The notes beneath the pieces are model-generated. The model ran no database searches and was not told where the DNA came from. It saw nothing but the letters and a program-made list of their open reading frames with translations. Shown here one piece after another: positions 1 to 9,212 of a DNA stretch of 64,000 bases. The first letter of the stretch is position 1, and each line of letters opens with the position of its first letter. The stretch comes from Fibrobacteria bacterium (lineage in GTDB: Bacteria; Fibrobacterota; Chitinivibrionia; Chitinivibrionales; FEN-1185), in NCBI GenBank assembly GCA_037447435.1, contig JBBIGR010000008.1:64001-128000 (forward strand). The letters are read 5' to 3'. The position numbers were made by a program, and so were the translations under genes.

Positions 1-2
1 TA

Positions 3-1043
3 AAAAAGCTCATTGCTTCATTAAAACCTCCCGGGGTTGGCTTCATTGTAAGAACCATTGGTCTTAAAGTTGCTGAACCAGAATTTGTTAAAGAAATTCA
101 AAGCTTATGCTCCAAGTGGAGAAATGCCCAGGACGAGGCCTTACGCGGGGCTGCACCCAAATTGGTATACAGGGAAATGGGTATTACAACCAGGGTTATT
201 CGCGATTTGTTTTCCGAGGATGTTACTGAAGTATATGTTGATCAAACCGATGATTTTGCGGAAATTCAGTCATATTTAAAGGTCATGTCGCCGGAACTGT
301 GCCAAAAAATAGTATTATACAACGACAAGCCGCCTTTGTTCGATAAGTTCAATATTGAAAAAGATCTGGAGCTATCTCTAAAACGTAAAGTATGGCTTAA
401 AAGCGGCGGCTATATTCTTTTCGATCATGCTGAAGCCTTGCTCGCCATAGATGTTAATACGGGAAGAAATGTCGGACGCAGCAATCTTGAAGATACGATT
501 TTTAAAACCAACTTGGATGCTGCACATGAAATAGCTCGCCAGTTTCGCTTGCGCGACATCGGGGGCATTATTGTTATTGATTTTATAGATATGGAAAAAG
601 CCGAGAATCGTAGGCGAATTGAAGACGAAATGCATAATCTCTTGAAAAAAGATCCGACCGTAACCGATTGCACTGGATTATCCAAGTTTGGTCTTATGGA
701 AATCACCAGAAAACGTGTACGGCCCGAATTACAGGAATTGTTTACCGACGTTTGTAATGTTTGTAATGGAATTGGCTGGGTGTTTTCGCCGGCAACCGTT
801 ACTTCCAGAATCGATCGATGGCTCAATCGCGCAGATGCGAAAGGTACACCGCGTGAGCTAGTTTTAGCAGTGAACCCTGCGGTAAAGGCCTATCTTACCA
901 AAGAAAACAGCCAAATGCTTAAGAAGTTGGAAATTGAACATAATTTCCATCTCAGCGTCGTGGAGGATGAAGATATCGATCAGGATGATTATGAATTTTA
1001 TCCACAGGGCGAGAAAAAGGCCATCACGTCAAAATTCACGTGA
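3..1043 (+). CDS. rng: Rne/Rng family ribonuclease (RNase G-like), 5'-truncated by the window edge
   Basis: The frame is open from base 3 (KKLIASLKPPGVGFIVRT...) into ORF 162..1043. Motifs: AIDVNTG, LRDIGGIIVIDFIDM, GLMEITRKR and the Zn-link CxxCxGxG. Confidence 0.93.
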   Translation, partial: KKLIASLKPPGVGFIVRTIGLKVAEPEFVKEIQSLCSKWRNAQDEALRGAAPKLVYREMGITTRVIRDLFSEDVTEVYVDQTDDFAEIQSYLKVMSPELCQKIVLYNDKPPLFDKFNIEKDLELSLKRKVWLKSGGYILFDHAEALLAIDVNTGRNVGRSNLEDTIFKTNLDAAHEIARQFRLRDIGGIIVIDFIDMEKAENRRRIEDEMHNLLKKDPTVTDCTGLSKFGLMEITRKRVRPELQELFTDVCNVCNGIGWVFSPATVTSRIDRWLNRADAKGTPRELVLAVNPAVKAYLTKENSQMLKKLEIEHNFHLSVVEDEDIDQDDYEFYPQGEKKAITSKFT

Positions 1044-1066
1044 AAAAAATACAATTTTTTAGGACC

Positions 1067-1096
1067 TTGACTCAAAATTCCGGTGGAATGTATATT
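1067..1096 (+). promoter_or_regulatory. Putative sigma70-type promoter for rplU-rpmA
   Basis: TTGACT (1067-1072), 18-nt spacer, TATATT (1091-1096), upstream of an AGGAG RBS. Confidence 0.6.
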
Positions 1097-1132
1097 AAAC
1101 GTTTTGCCAATCAATAAAACCAGGAGTATGTG

Positions 1133-1444
1133 ATGTTTTCGATTGTTGAACAGGCCGGCTTTCAGTTCAAAGTGTCCCTTGGGGACAAGATTCGGGTCCC
1201 TCTTATGACTGCTGAAAAAGGAAGTGAAATTTCCTTGGATAAAGTCCTTTTTATCGGGGACGACAGTGGCGTAAAAGTGGGGACACCGTTGGTTTCAGGC
1301 GCAGTTGTCAAGGCCAAAGTTCTTGACCATGAAAAAGGCGACAAAGTCATTATCATGAAAAAGAAACGCCGTAAAACCTATAAACGTAGAACTGGTCACA
1401 GACAGAATTTTACTAAGATCGAAATCGTTTCGATTTCGGCATAA
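1133..1444 (+). CDS. rplU: 50S ribosomal protein L21
   Basis: GFQFKV...GTPLV...KVIIMKKKRRKTYKRRTGHRQNFT. ATG at 1133 follows AGGAG; the gene precedes L27. Confidence 0.97.
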   Translation: MFSIVEQAGFQFKVSLGDKIRVPLMTAEKGSEISLDKVLFIGDDSGVKVGTPLVSGAVVKAKVLDHEKGDKVIIMKKKRRKTYKRRTGHRQNFTKIEIVSISA

Positions 1445-1483
1445 TCTTTTCACTGAAATAACAGGCAATCAAAGGAACTAGTA

Positions 1484-1738
1484 ATGGCTCATAAAAAAGG
1501 CGGCGGAAGCAGCACAAACGGACGCGATAGTAATCCACAATACCTTGGCGTAAAAAAATACGGCGGGGAACATGTGATTTCAGGAAACATCATTGTTCGT
1601 CAAAAAGGAACAGTTGTACATCCTGGTGTTAATGTGGCAAAAGGAAAAGACGATACACTTTTTGCAACAGCAGAAGGTGTTGTAAAGTTTTCACGGTTCA
1701 CAAAAAATAAGAAAAAAGTTAGCGTCGTACCAGCTTAA
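1484..1738 (+). CDS. rpmA: 50S ribosomal protein L27
   Basis: [16 protein letters not shown]...LGVKKYGG...[10 protein letters not shown]. No N-terminal extension and no prp gene between rplU and rpmA. Confidence 0.98.
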   Translation: MAHKKGGGSSTNGRDSNPQYLGVKKYGGEHVISGNIIVRQKGTVVHPGVNVAKGKDDTLFATAEGVVKFSRFTKNKKKVSVVPA

Positions 1739-1756
1739 AATTCGAATAATAAAATG

Positions 1757-1799
1757 AAAAGGAGTAAGACTTATAGCCTTACTCCTTTTTTATTTTTTT
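1757..1799. terminator. Bidirectional intrinsic terminator
   Basis: AAAAGGAGTAAG (1757-1768) and CTTACTCCTTTT (1778-1789) form a 12-bp inverted repeat with T-tracts on both strands, between the convergent rpmA and GT2 genes. Confidence 0.85.
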
Positions 1800-2737
1800 A
1801 GCTCTCTTAGTACTGAATCTCGATTTCTAACCCAAGAACGAACTAAACCTCTCAGGTGGTATTTATAATATGTTCGCAAACCAACTTTGTTTGCGAACAG
1901 CGATTTTAAAATCATTGCGGAAAAAAAAGAGGATAATAGGAAATTTAAAGCTATTTTTCCCAAAAAGGAATGATGCTTTTTAAAGTAATAATTCCAGCTT
2001 TGATAAAAAATTGTAGTCAAAGGTCCGCCGTCTGAGCCGCTGCTTCCACCGCGCAAATGCACAATCTTGGTTCCGGAAAAATATTCAATTGAATATCCTT
2101 TTTTCCTTGCGCGTTTAGCCAAATCCGTTTCTTCAAAGTACATGAAAAATGTTTCGTCGAGACCGCCGAGCAAGTCGTATAGGTCTTTTTTTAATAAAAA
2201 GAAAGCGCCGCAAGGAAAATCTATTGCCGTTATACCATCGCTTTCAGACGGTATAACAGCACGTAATTGATTGAAACGGTTTGTAAGAATTTCTTTGGTC
2301 AAAAGGGGCAGAGAGGGGAAAAAACCATAAGAAATATCCGGCCTTTTATCTTTATCAAGTAACATGCAGCCGCAACCGAAAAGCTTTGGGTTTTTGTCTA
2401 AATGTTCTACAGCCCGACAAAGAGAGTCGTCTAGGAGATAAGTGTCACTATTAAGAAGAAGGACGTTTTTGCCGGATGTACGATGGATTCCGATGTTGTT
2501 GGCACGAGCAAAGCCGACATTATCGTCAAGCAATATTGCTTGGACCCAGGATTTGTTTTCCTGAAACGATTGCAACCATTCCCGGCTTCCGTCATGAGAA
2601 TTATTATCAACTACAACGGTAATAAAATTCAATTTGCCGAGCAGATGTTTTTCAAGGCTTTCGACGCATTGCTTGAGTAAGTCAACAGTGTTAAAGCTGA
2701 CAATAATTATTGATAAATCGTAATATGCAGTAGCCAT
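1790..2737 (-). CDS. GT2 glycosyltransferase (WbbL/rhamnosyltransferase-like)
   Basis: SIIIVSFN, VVDNNSHDGS, NVGFARANN, LLLNSD, GLDETFFMYFEETDL. Confidence 0.9.
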   Translation of the reverse strand: MATAYYDLSIIIVSFNTVDLLKQCVESLEKHLLGKLNFITVVVDNNSHDGSREWLQSFQENKSWVQAILLDDNVGFARANNIGIHRTSGKNVLLLNSDTYLLDDSLCRAVEHLDKNPKLFGCGCMLLDKDKRPDISYGFFPSLPLLTKEILTNRFNQLRAVIPSESDGITAIDFPCGAFFLLKKDLYDLLGGLDETFFMYFEETDLAKRARKKGYSIEYFSGTKIVHLRGGSSGSDGGPLTTIFYQSWNYYFKKHHSFLGKIALNFLLSSFFSAMILKSLFANKVGLRTYYKYHLRGLVRSWVRNRDSVLRELKK

Positions 2738-2743
2738 AGTCGT

Positions 2744-4027
2744 TTAGGTAACCAATCTTATCCGTTTATGGGCGATTGCCATGATTAAAAAGTTTAAATA
2801 TGGAAACCAAAATTCCCAGAGCGGAACAGCGTAACTGAATATGATAAAGGGGGCAAGCAAGGCCCACATCGAAATGTTAAAAATAGTCGGATGATTTATC
2901 GTGTTAACATAAAAAATGGTCATGAGCATGCCAAACAAAAGCGGAAGGAAATAAACGCCGAAAACGCCAAAATCCTTGAAAAAATGCCAAGGGTAAGCAA
3001 TCGTATTTAATTTACTAACCATTTGTACCGATTCATTCATAATCGTATCGAATTTGTACCCGTGAACAATTACATTTTCCAATTGCGCAATCCATAAAAA
3101 CGGCCTGAATAAATCAAAACCCCAACCATGAGGCACCATTGCATTGCCTTCGATGAATTTTTTTATAGCAAAATCCATGTTCCAGAAATTACACACAACA
3201 TATGCATACATGTTGGAACACCATAGAAAATCCTTTGATATTTTAAGCTGCTGCATCTGCAAGACCATGCTTAATGAATTAGATTTTAGTCGCAACAAAT
3301 AAAATGCGAAAAATAAAACTAAAGATAGTCCGAAAGCAGTCAGGAGGTTGCCGGTAGACAGTTTTTTTCTGCCATAATGGAACAACATTATGCCAAAAAT
3401 TATAAAGCGAAATAAGTCGAACCTTGTTACTATCGAAATATATAGGGCCAAAGTAATTATTGAAATGATTATAACCGCAAGACGTCTACGATCTTTTAAA
3501 GAGCCAAAAAGCAACAATTCTAATGAAAGAACCAAAGAAAGGGGACCAAGAAACAAACCAATATTCGAAAATTGGTTGGCACTAAAAAACTTCATTCGAG
3601 ACCAGTCCGGGTCTTTCGTAAAAAGCGGAATTGTTCCGGTTATGAGAAAGGAAACCAGGTAACTTATAAAAAAGAATATGGAGCATAATAGTAACACATT
3701 AAAAAACCAATTCCAATCTGTTGCTTCGGCACTGCGCTTAACGCGGCTTTGAATCGAAATAAAATTTATGGCCGAAAAAGGATTTTTAATTCTATTGACA
3801 ATGATGATAATTGTGCTTCCCGCAATAAAGAAAAAAGAGGCCCCCCAAAAAAATAAATGGGTGGTAAGCGCCCAGGGGGTTTGCAGTCTACTTAAATGAA
3901 GGGAATTTATAGCGAGAAGTAATGCGTATATACAAATGTAAATTCTGGCAGGTGAAAATATGTCTTTATTGTAAAACGATGCCGTCAAAACCGTTGCTAA
4001 GATAATGAGACCAAATACAATCGTCAT
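2744..4027 (-). CDS. O-antigen polymerase (Wzy)-like polytopic membrane protein
   Basis: About 11 hydrophobic segments and a late loop with NT...FKDFG motif. Lies downstream of a Wzz-like gene. Confidence 0.72.
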   Translation of the reverse strand: MTIVFGLIILATVLTASFYNKDIFSPARIYICIYALLLAINSLHLSRLQTPWALTTHLFFWGASFFFIAGSTIIIIVNRIKNPFSAINFISIQSRVKRSAEATDWNWFFNVLLLCSIFFFISYLVSFLITGTIPLFTKDPDWSRMKFFSANQFSNIGLFLGPLSLVLSLELLLFGSLKDRRRLAVIIISIITLALYISIVTRFDLFRFIIFGIMLFHYGRKKLSTGNLLTAFGLSLVLFFAFYLLRLKSNSLSMVLQMQQLKISKDFLWCSNMYAYVVCNFWNMDFAIKKFIEGNAMVPHGWGFDLFRPFLWIAQLENVIVHGYKFDTIMNESVQMVSKLNTIAYPWHFFKDFGVFGVYFLPLLFGMLMTIFYVNTINHPTIFNISMWALLAPFIIFSYAVPLWEFWFPYLNFLIMAIAHKRIRLVT

Positions 4028-4122
4028 ATTTTGCCTGTTGCTAACCCCGAGCCCATTGCAGCGGGATAAGTTGTAGCTGTAATTAAATCAACGCTATTTA
4101 CGAAAAAGAAATTATAACGATA

Positions 4123-5334
4123 CTATGCCGACGGCTTTTTAAAAGACAATAAAGTACGAATGCGCCTTGTTTTTTGGTACGACAAAGTATTGTTTTCAGC
4201 CTGGATTTTCCACCACTTGTCAAGAAGAATGTAGGTGGTTGTCGCTACGAATCCGCCAAAAAAGAAAAGCAGACAAATAATAGAACGTTTTGGTCTTGTC
4301 TTTTTTTGGGGATTTTTTGCGTATTCGAGGACCTGAACGGTCGGAACGTTATTGGCTTCGGACATTTTTGCTTGCTCAAATAATTGAACCACGAATTCGT
4401 AAAGTGTTTCCTGAAGTTTAAGTTTTCCCTTTAGCTCGGCATAGGTTATTGCTTTTTCCGGGGCATGCCGCAATCCAACTATCAAATTGCCGCCGCCTTG
4501 GTCCATATATCCGGCAATTTTATGATCCAAAACACTTTTTTCCTTTTCCAATTCAGCAACGCGTTGGTTGTTGCCGCCAAATTGACTTTTGAGCTGAGCT
4601 GCTTCCAAATCCATTCCTAGTTTCTGTCCTTCAAATTGGGCCACTTGCTCTATTGAAGAGCGGACCTGTTGTTCTAAGTCGATATATTTATTTTCAATTT
4701 GGAACCGGGCAAATGCGCGGCTCGCAGAATCAAGGTCTTGTTTAATTAGGGCAACCCGTTCTTCAAAAAAAAGCCTCGAATTTCGGGCGCTTTCTTTTGA
4801 AAGTTGATAGGTGATGGTGTCGAGCTCATCCACCATGAAATTAGCAATGTCTGCAGCCATAGCTGGACTGGAGTCCGTAACAGCAACTTCAATGTTGCCT
4901 AAATCGTTTTCTACGAGAGAAAAATTTCTATCAAAAGTCTTGAGAAGATCTTCTACATAATATTTTTTCCTTTTGCTGAACCCATATTTATGAACAAGAT
5001 CAAAACGATCGATGACTTTTTCAGCAAGCCTTCTGCTTTGCAAAATGCTCAAATAACTGTCGCCATCGCCACCGCCACCAAGAATATCCATCGATTTTAA
5101 CAGTCCGGACATCGGAAGGTCTTTGCCAATAAGGGAGCCGAGGCCTGTCATTTTTTTTGCGGGTTTCATGATTATTGCCGTTGCAGTGTAATCTTTGGGC
5201 AGTATAATGCTTACCACCACACCGAGAGTGCAAAATAAAAAAATACCAATTAGAAATACCCATTTTCGTTCGAGGACAATGATAATAAGGTCTAAAAGGC
5301 CGATTTTTTTAACATCTTTTGTGGGGTCTGACAT
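4123..5334 (-). CDS. wzz: Wzz/GumC-type polysaccharide co-polymerase (chain-length regulator)
   Basis: N-terminal TM followed by PKDYTATAII; SILQSRRLAEKVIDRFDL; coiled-coil; PQKKTRPKRSII then a C-terminal TM. No kinase domain. Start placed at the ATG at 5334 (TTG at 5358 is the alternative). Confidence 0.85.
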   Translation of the reverse strand: MSDPTKDVKKIGLLDLIIIVLERKWVFLIGIFLFCTLGVVVSIILPKDYTATAIIMKPAKKMTGLGSLIGKDLPMSGLLKSMDILGGGGDGDSYLSILQSRRLAEKVIDRFDLVHKYGFSKRKKYYVEDLLKTFDRNFSLVENDLGNIEVAVTDSSPAMAADIANFMVDELDTITYQLSKESARNSRLFFEERVALIKQDLDSASRAFARFQIENKYIDLEQQVRSSIEQVAQFEGQKLGMDLEAAQLKSQFGGNNQRVAELEKEKSVLDHKIAGYMDQGGGNLIVGLRHAPEKAITYAELKGKLKLQETLYEFVVQLFEQAKMSEANNVPTVQVLEYAKNPQKKTRPKRSIICLLFFFGGFVATTTYILLDKWWKIQAENNTLSYQKTRRIRTLLSFKKPSA

Positions 5335-5500
5335 TATGTCTCCGCTTTTGAAACTCAAGAATGAAAGAATCGAATTGAACTATTTTCTAAAATAATCCGT
5401 GCTGCGTAAAATTTTCGCTGAGATTATATCTACGTTGTTGGTGTAGATAATTTATATATAGACACTAAGACTATTTATAAATATAAAACTAGGCACAATC

Positions 5501-6307
5501 ATGACTTCAATGAAAATAACATTTCTTGGAACAGGAACATCCCATGGCGTTCCTTCTATTGACTGTATGTTGAACGACTATAGCGATTGTAGAAAAGGTG
5601 TATGTAAAGCATCGTTGAATGATCCGTTACACCAACGAACCCGGTCTTCAATTCTAATTGAAACAAACGGAAAGCATTTGCTTGTCGATGTTTCTTCAGA
5701 TTTCAGAGTTCAGGCCTTACGCGAGAAAATCCCCAAGTTGGACGCTGTTCTTATTACGCATTGCCATAGCGATCATATTAGTGGAATTCCCGACATTCGC
5801 TCGTATACAAAGTCTCCATTTGGGCCCTTGCCGTTTTATGGGTCATCGGAGAGCATGAATTATATACGAGCAGTTTATCCGTATATTTTTAATCCTAATG
5901 CGTTTTTGGGGGGTGGGATTCCCAATATTGTGCTAAACCCGGTTTCTGGGCTGTTTAATGTAGTTAATTTGCAAATTGAATGTTTGCCTGTCGAACATGG
6001 TGGATTAAAAGGAGCTTTAGGTTATAAAATCGGCAACGTAGCGTATATTTCCGATGTAAAAGAAATTTCATGTTCAATAATAGATTTGATAAAACATGTC
6101 GATGTCCTCATTTTAAATTGCTTGCGAGAAAATAAGGTTCATTCGAGCCATCTTACACTTGAGCAAAGCGTAGATATTGCACGCACGGTTAAGCCAAAAA
6201 AGTGTTTTTTTACTCATATGAGTCATGATATTGATTATCGTGTCGACATTGTAAAACTAGATCCTTGGATGTTTTTCGCCAACGATGGATTGAAAATTGA
6301 ATTATGA
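5501..6307 (+). CDS. MBL-fold metallo-hydrolase (PhnP/YycJ-like phosphodiesterase)
   Basis: FLGTGTSHGVP, RTRSS, THCHSDH (HxHxDH), AYISD, HSSH, FTHMSH. Confidence 0.9.
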   Translation: MTSMKITFLGTGTSHGVPSIDCMLNDYSDCRKGVCKASLNDPLHQRTRSSILIETNGKHLLVDVSSDFRVQALREKIPKLDAVLITHCHSDHISGIPDIRSYTKSPFGPLPFYGSSESMNYIRAVYPYIFNPNAFLGGGIPNIVLNPVSGLFNVVNLQIECLPVEHGGLKGALGYKIGNVAYISDVKEISCSIIDLIKHVDVLILNCLRENKVHSSHLTLEQSVDIARTVKPKKCFFTHMSHDIDYRVDIVKLDPWMFFANDGLKIEL

Positions 6308-6402
6308 AATAATGTACCCTCAAATAACTATTCTTTAATTTGAAATTTAAAAAAGTATATTTTATGTGACCTGTAACCTTAAACCAGTAATCTGAGGTTG
6401 TT

Positions 6403-7074
6403 ATGCAATCATATAAAGAAGAATTCATTGCATTCATGGTTAGATCGCAAGTTCTTACTTTTGGTAGTTTTGTAACTAAAAGTGGCCGTAATACACCGTA
6501 TTTTATAAATACGGGAAACTATAAAACTGGTCGTCAAATCAAGATGCTTGGAGAATTTTATGCGAAAGCACTGCATGACACTCTTGGGAATGATTTTTCT
6601 GTCCTATTCGGGCCGGCTTATAAAGGAATTCCTCTTGCAGTAACCACCGCAATTGCGCTTGAAAATTTATTCGGACATGATATCAAGGTCAGTTATAATC
6701 GGAAAGAAGCTAAAGATCATGGTGAAGGAGGAACCTTGATAGGCCATAAGCCGGTTAAGGGCGACAAACTCGTGATTATCGATGATGTTATTACTGCAGG
6801 TACCTCGGTTCGAGAATCTGTCGAAATGTTATCCACTATTCCGGAGTTAAAATTCCGTGCGTTGGCCATTTCCGTCGACAGGATGGAGAAAGGACCTCAG
6901 GGAATATCGGCACTTGCTGAAGTCTCGCAAACATTTGGGATGAAAGCTATGTCTATTGTATCGTTAGATGATATAGTTGAATATTTATTAAATAAACCGA
7001 TAGATGGTAAGATTGTTTTAGATGATCGGACAATGAGAAGAATTGAAGAATATCGAGCAAAGTTTGGCGTTTAA
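6403..7074 (+). CDS. pyrE: Orotate phosphoribosyltransferase
   Basis: FVTKSGRNTPYF, FGPAYKGIP, NRKEAKDHGEGG, IIDDVITAGTS. Confidence 0.96.
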   Translation: MQSYKEEFIAFMVRSQVLTFGSFVTKSGRNTPYFINTGNYKTGRQIKMLGEFYAKALHDTLGNDFSVLFGPAYKGIPLAVTTAIALENLFGHDIKVSYNRKEAKDHGEGGTLIGHKPVKGDKLVIIDDVITAGTSVRESVEMLSTIPELKFRALAISVDRMEKGPQGISALAEVSQTFGMKAMSIVSLDDIVEYLLNKPIDGKIVLDDRTMRRIEEYRAKFGV

Positions 7075-7118
7075 TAAGTTGCAATGGCAGAGCTATATAT
7101 GTTCGGAGTAAAAACAGG

Positions 7119-7682
7119 ATGAAGAGAATCAACGAAAATCCGCCGGCAAGATTCCCAAATCGATCAATTGGCGAAGCGCAAGGACTTTGGTGGATTGCAA
7201 AAATCAAACCAAGAATGGAAAAGGCCCTTGCATTTGATTTTATGAATAGCGAAATAGAGTACTATTTGCCGCTTGTAACGAAGATTACTCGCCGTAAAGA
7301 CAATAATAAGCCCCGAAAGTCTATTCTGCCGCTTTTTCCAGGATATATCAGTTTTTGCTCAACGGAAAAAAATGTTTCAAGTATTTATAAAACCGGCAGG
7401 ATTGTATCGATCATCCAAATAAAAAACCAAAGACATTTTAGCGAAGAACTATCGCAAATATTCCAAGCTCTTGAATCTGGAATGGTTTTAGAGCCTGTTC
7501 ATACTTCCATCCCAATTGGAACGCCTGTGATTGTTTTTGCAGGGCCAATGAAAGGTATACGAGGAATTATTGCTAGAATTCAGGATTCCGAAAGGCTTAT
7601 ATTAGCGGTAAAAGGGCTTGGTCAGGCATCAATGCAAATCGATTCTGCATATATAAAACCCGATACCGATTATTCCGTATAA
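7119..7682 (+). CDS. NusG-paralogue transcription antiterminator (RfaH/UpxY/LoaP type)
   Basis: NGN domain WWIAKIKPRMEK...YLPL...PLFPGYI and KOW GTPVIVFAGPMKGIRG. Not in the secE-rplK context; sits directly upstream of a polysaccharide operon. Confidence 0.88.
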   Translation: MKRINENPPARFPNRSIGEAQGLWWIAKIKPRMEKALAFDFMNSEIEYYLPLVTKITRRKDNNKPRKSILPLFPGYISFCSTEKNVSSIYKTGRIVSIIQIKNQRHFSEELSQIFQALESGMVLEPVHTSIPIGTPVIVFAGPMKGIRGIIARIQDSERLILAVKGLGQASMQIDSAYIKPDTDYSV

Positions 7683-7705
7683 TTTAATTCCATACAATAT
7701 TAACG

Positions 7706-7734
7706 TTGAATTGAGCGTAAAAGGAATGTATTAT
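7706..7734 (+). promoter_or_regulatory. Putative sigma70-type promoter of the polysaccharide operon
   Basis: TTGAAT (7706-7711), 17-nt spacer, TATTAT (7729-7734). Confidence 0.55.
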
Positions 7735-7794
7735 TTGATGTTAAAGGTTACTGGACTTAATTTATATAAGTATATAGAAAATAAAAACTTATAA

Positions 7795-7884
7795 GCGTAC
7801 TTTTTTTGAAAGTACCGCCGACCGGGGCAAGGTGCATCCGGTTAAAAAATCAATAAACTTTAAATAGATTTTTTATTTCTTTCT
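7795..7884 (+). promoter_or_regulatory. Structured 5' leader: three tandem hairpins, the last followed by a U-rich tract
   Basis: Hairpins GCGTACTTT/AAAGTACCGC (7795-7818), ACCGG/CCGGT (7821-7842) and TAAAAAATC/GATTTTTTA (7843-7875), then TTTCTTTCT. Confidence 0.4.
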
Positions 7885-7896
7885 GAAAGTAATGAA

Positions 7897-8505
7897 TTGT
7901 TTCTAAAAAGAAAAAAAACCTTATTTGCTATAATTATTCTCGTTGCTGTCGGTATTTCCACATTTGCATTTCGACATCTTGCTCAGTGGCTTGTAATATC
8001 GGATCCTTTGCCGTTGTCGATAGATGCGATATTTACATTTGCAGGTGAAACGAACCGTCTTGTTTATTCAAAAGAATTATACGGAAAATATAAAGGCGCA
8101 GAATGGCTGATCAGTTATCCGTCAAAAAAGATTGCAATACCGCTCCGTAAAGACGGCTTTGATACATCCAGGATACAAATAGTGGATTCATGTAAAAATA
8201 CGAATTCAGAAGTGCTTTTTATAACTAGCTGGGCGGTTGATAAAATAAATAAATCTAACAAGTTTACACGGCAAAATCCTTTGCAGGTAGGGCTCGTTAG
8301 TACGCCGTTTCACATGCGTAGGATTCGTATGCAAATAATGCGCAAAAGTAAGAACGACCTTGTTCGATATTACTTCCTGCCGGTTCCATATAATAAATGC
8401 GGTTTTACAAAAGAAGACTATAAAATGTGGTGGAAAAATTACGTTCTTAAATCCGCAATAATTTTGGAATTAAAAAAAGTAGTATATTATTTTTTCAAGT
8501 ATTAA
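7897..8505 (+). CDS. YdcF/ElyC/SanA (DUF218)-like membrane-anchored protein, divergent
   Basis: N-terminal TM, WLVISDP..DAIFTFAG, KNTNSE, LVSTPFHMRR and a terminal ELKK motif. TTG start. Confidence 0.7.
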   Translation: MFLKRKKTLFAIIILVAVGISTFAFRHLAQWLVISDPLPLSIDAIFTFAGETNRLVYSKELYGKYKGAEWLISYPSKKIAIPLRKDGFDTSRIQIVDSCKNTNSEVLFITSWAVDKINKSNKFTRQNPLQVGLVSTPFHMRRIRMQIMRKSKNDLVRYYFLPVPYNKCGFTKEDYKMWWKNYVLKSAIILELKKVVYYFFKY

Positions 8506-8506
8506 T

Positions 8507-9208
8507 ATGCTTTTGTCAATAATTATACCCTGCTATAACGAAAACAAAACAATAACGCAGCTGCTTGAAAAAGTCCGCAATGCGCATCTTCCTGCAGGCG
8601 TGACCAGAGAGCTTATTGTTGTTGACGATTGTTCTTCCGACGGGACAATTCAAATTCTTGAGCAAATGAAAGCTGAGGATGTTAAAATATATTTCCATGG
8701 AAAAAATCAAGGAAAAGGGGCCGCTTTACGTACCGGCTTTTCCCATGCTCAAGGGGATGTCGTCGTTGTGCAGGATGCGGATTTAGAGTATAACCCGGAG
8801 GAATTCGGGAAACTTTTAAAACCCATTCTCGATGGTCGGGCAGACGTCGTTTTTGGCTCGCGGTTTTGCACTACCGACGAACGTCGAGTGTTATATTATT
8901 TTCACTTTCTAGGAAATAAACTTCTTACGTTTGTATCCAATATATTTACGAATCTAAACCTTACGGACATGGAAACCTGCTATAAAATGTTCCGTAAGGA
9001 AATCATCGATAAAATTACCATATGCGAAAACCGTTTCGGCTTTGAGCCGGAAATTACCGCCAAAATTGCAAAACAACATTGCCGCATTTACGAGGTCGGT
9101 ATTTCCTATTCCGGCCGAACCTATGAAGACGGTAAAAAAATTGGTTTCAAAGATGCTTTCCGAGCAATGTGGTGCATCATTAAGTATAATGTGTTTGCTA
9201 GAGGGTGA
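8507..9208 (+). CDS. GT2 glycosyltransferase, Dpm1-like (polyprenol-phosphate sugar synthase type)
   Basis: IIPCYNE, VVDDCSSDGT, NQGKGAALRTG, QDADLEY, VFGSRF, LTDMETCYK, RFGFEPEIT. Confidence 0.9.
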   Translation: MLLSIIIPCYNENKTITQLLEKVRNAHLPAGVTRELIVVDDCSSDGTIQILEQMKAEDVKIYFHGKNQGKGAALRTGFSHAQGDVVVVQDADLEYNPEEFGKLLKPILDGRADVVFGSRFCTTDERRVLYYFHFLGNKLLTFVSNIFTNLNLTDMETCYKMFRKEIIDKITICENRFGFEPEITAKIAKQHCRIYEVGISYSGRTYEDGKKIGFKDAFRAMWCIIKYNVFARG

Positions 9209-9212
9209 TTAA

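Noticed and set aside
58..279. 73-aa ORF suggesting a frameshift in the RNase gene
   Set aside because: The RNase frame is open from base 3 to 1043, so this is only an overlapping alternative frame.
5427..5449. TATCTAC-N9-GTAGATA inverted repeat; GTAGATAAT also occurs at 54971
   Set aside because: Only 7 bp in very AT-rich DNA, so a chance match cannot be excluded.
7811..7820. ops-like GGCGGTAC in the operon leader
   Set aside because: It is on the minus strand and mismatched; ops must lie on the non-template strand of the transcribed operon.
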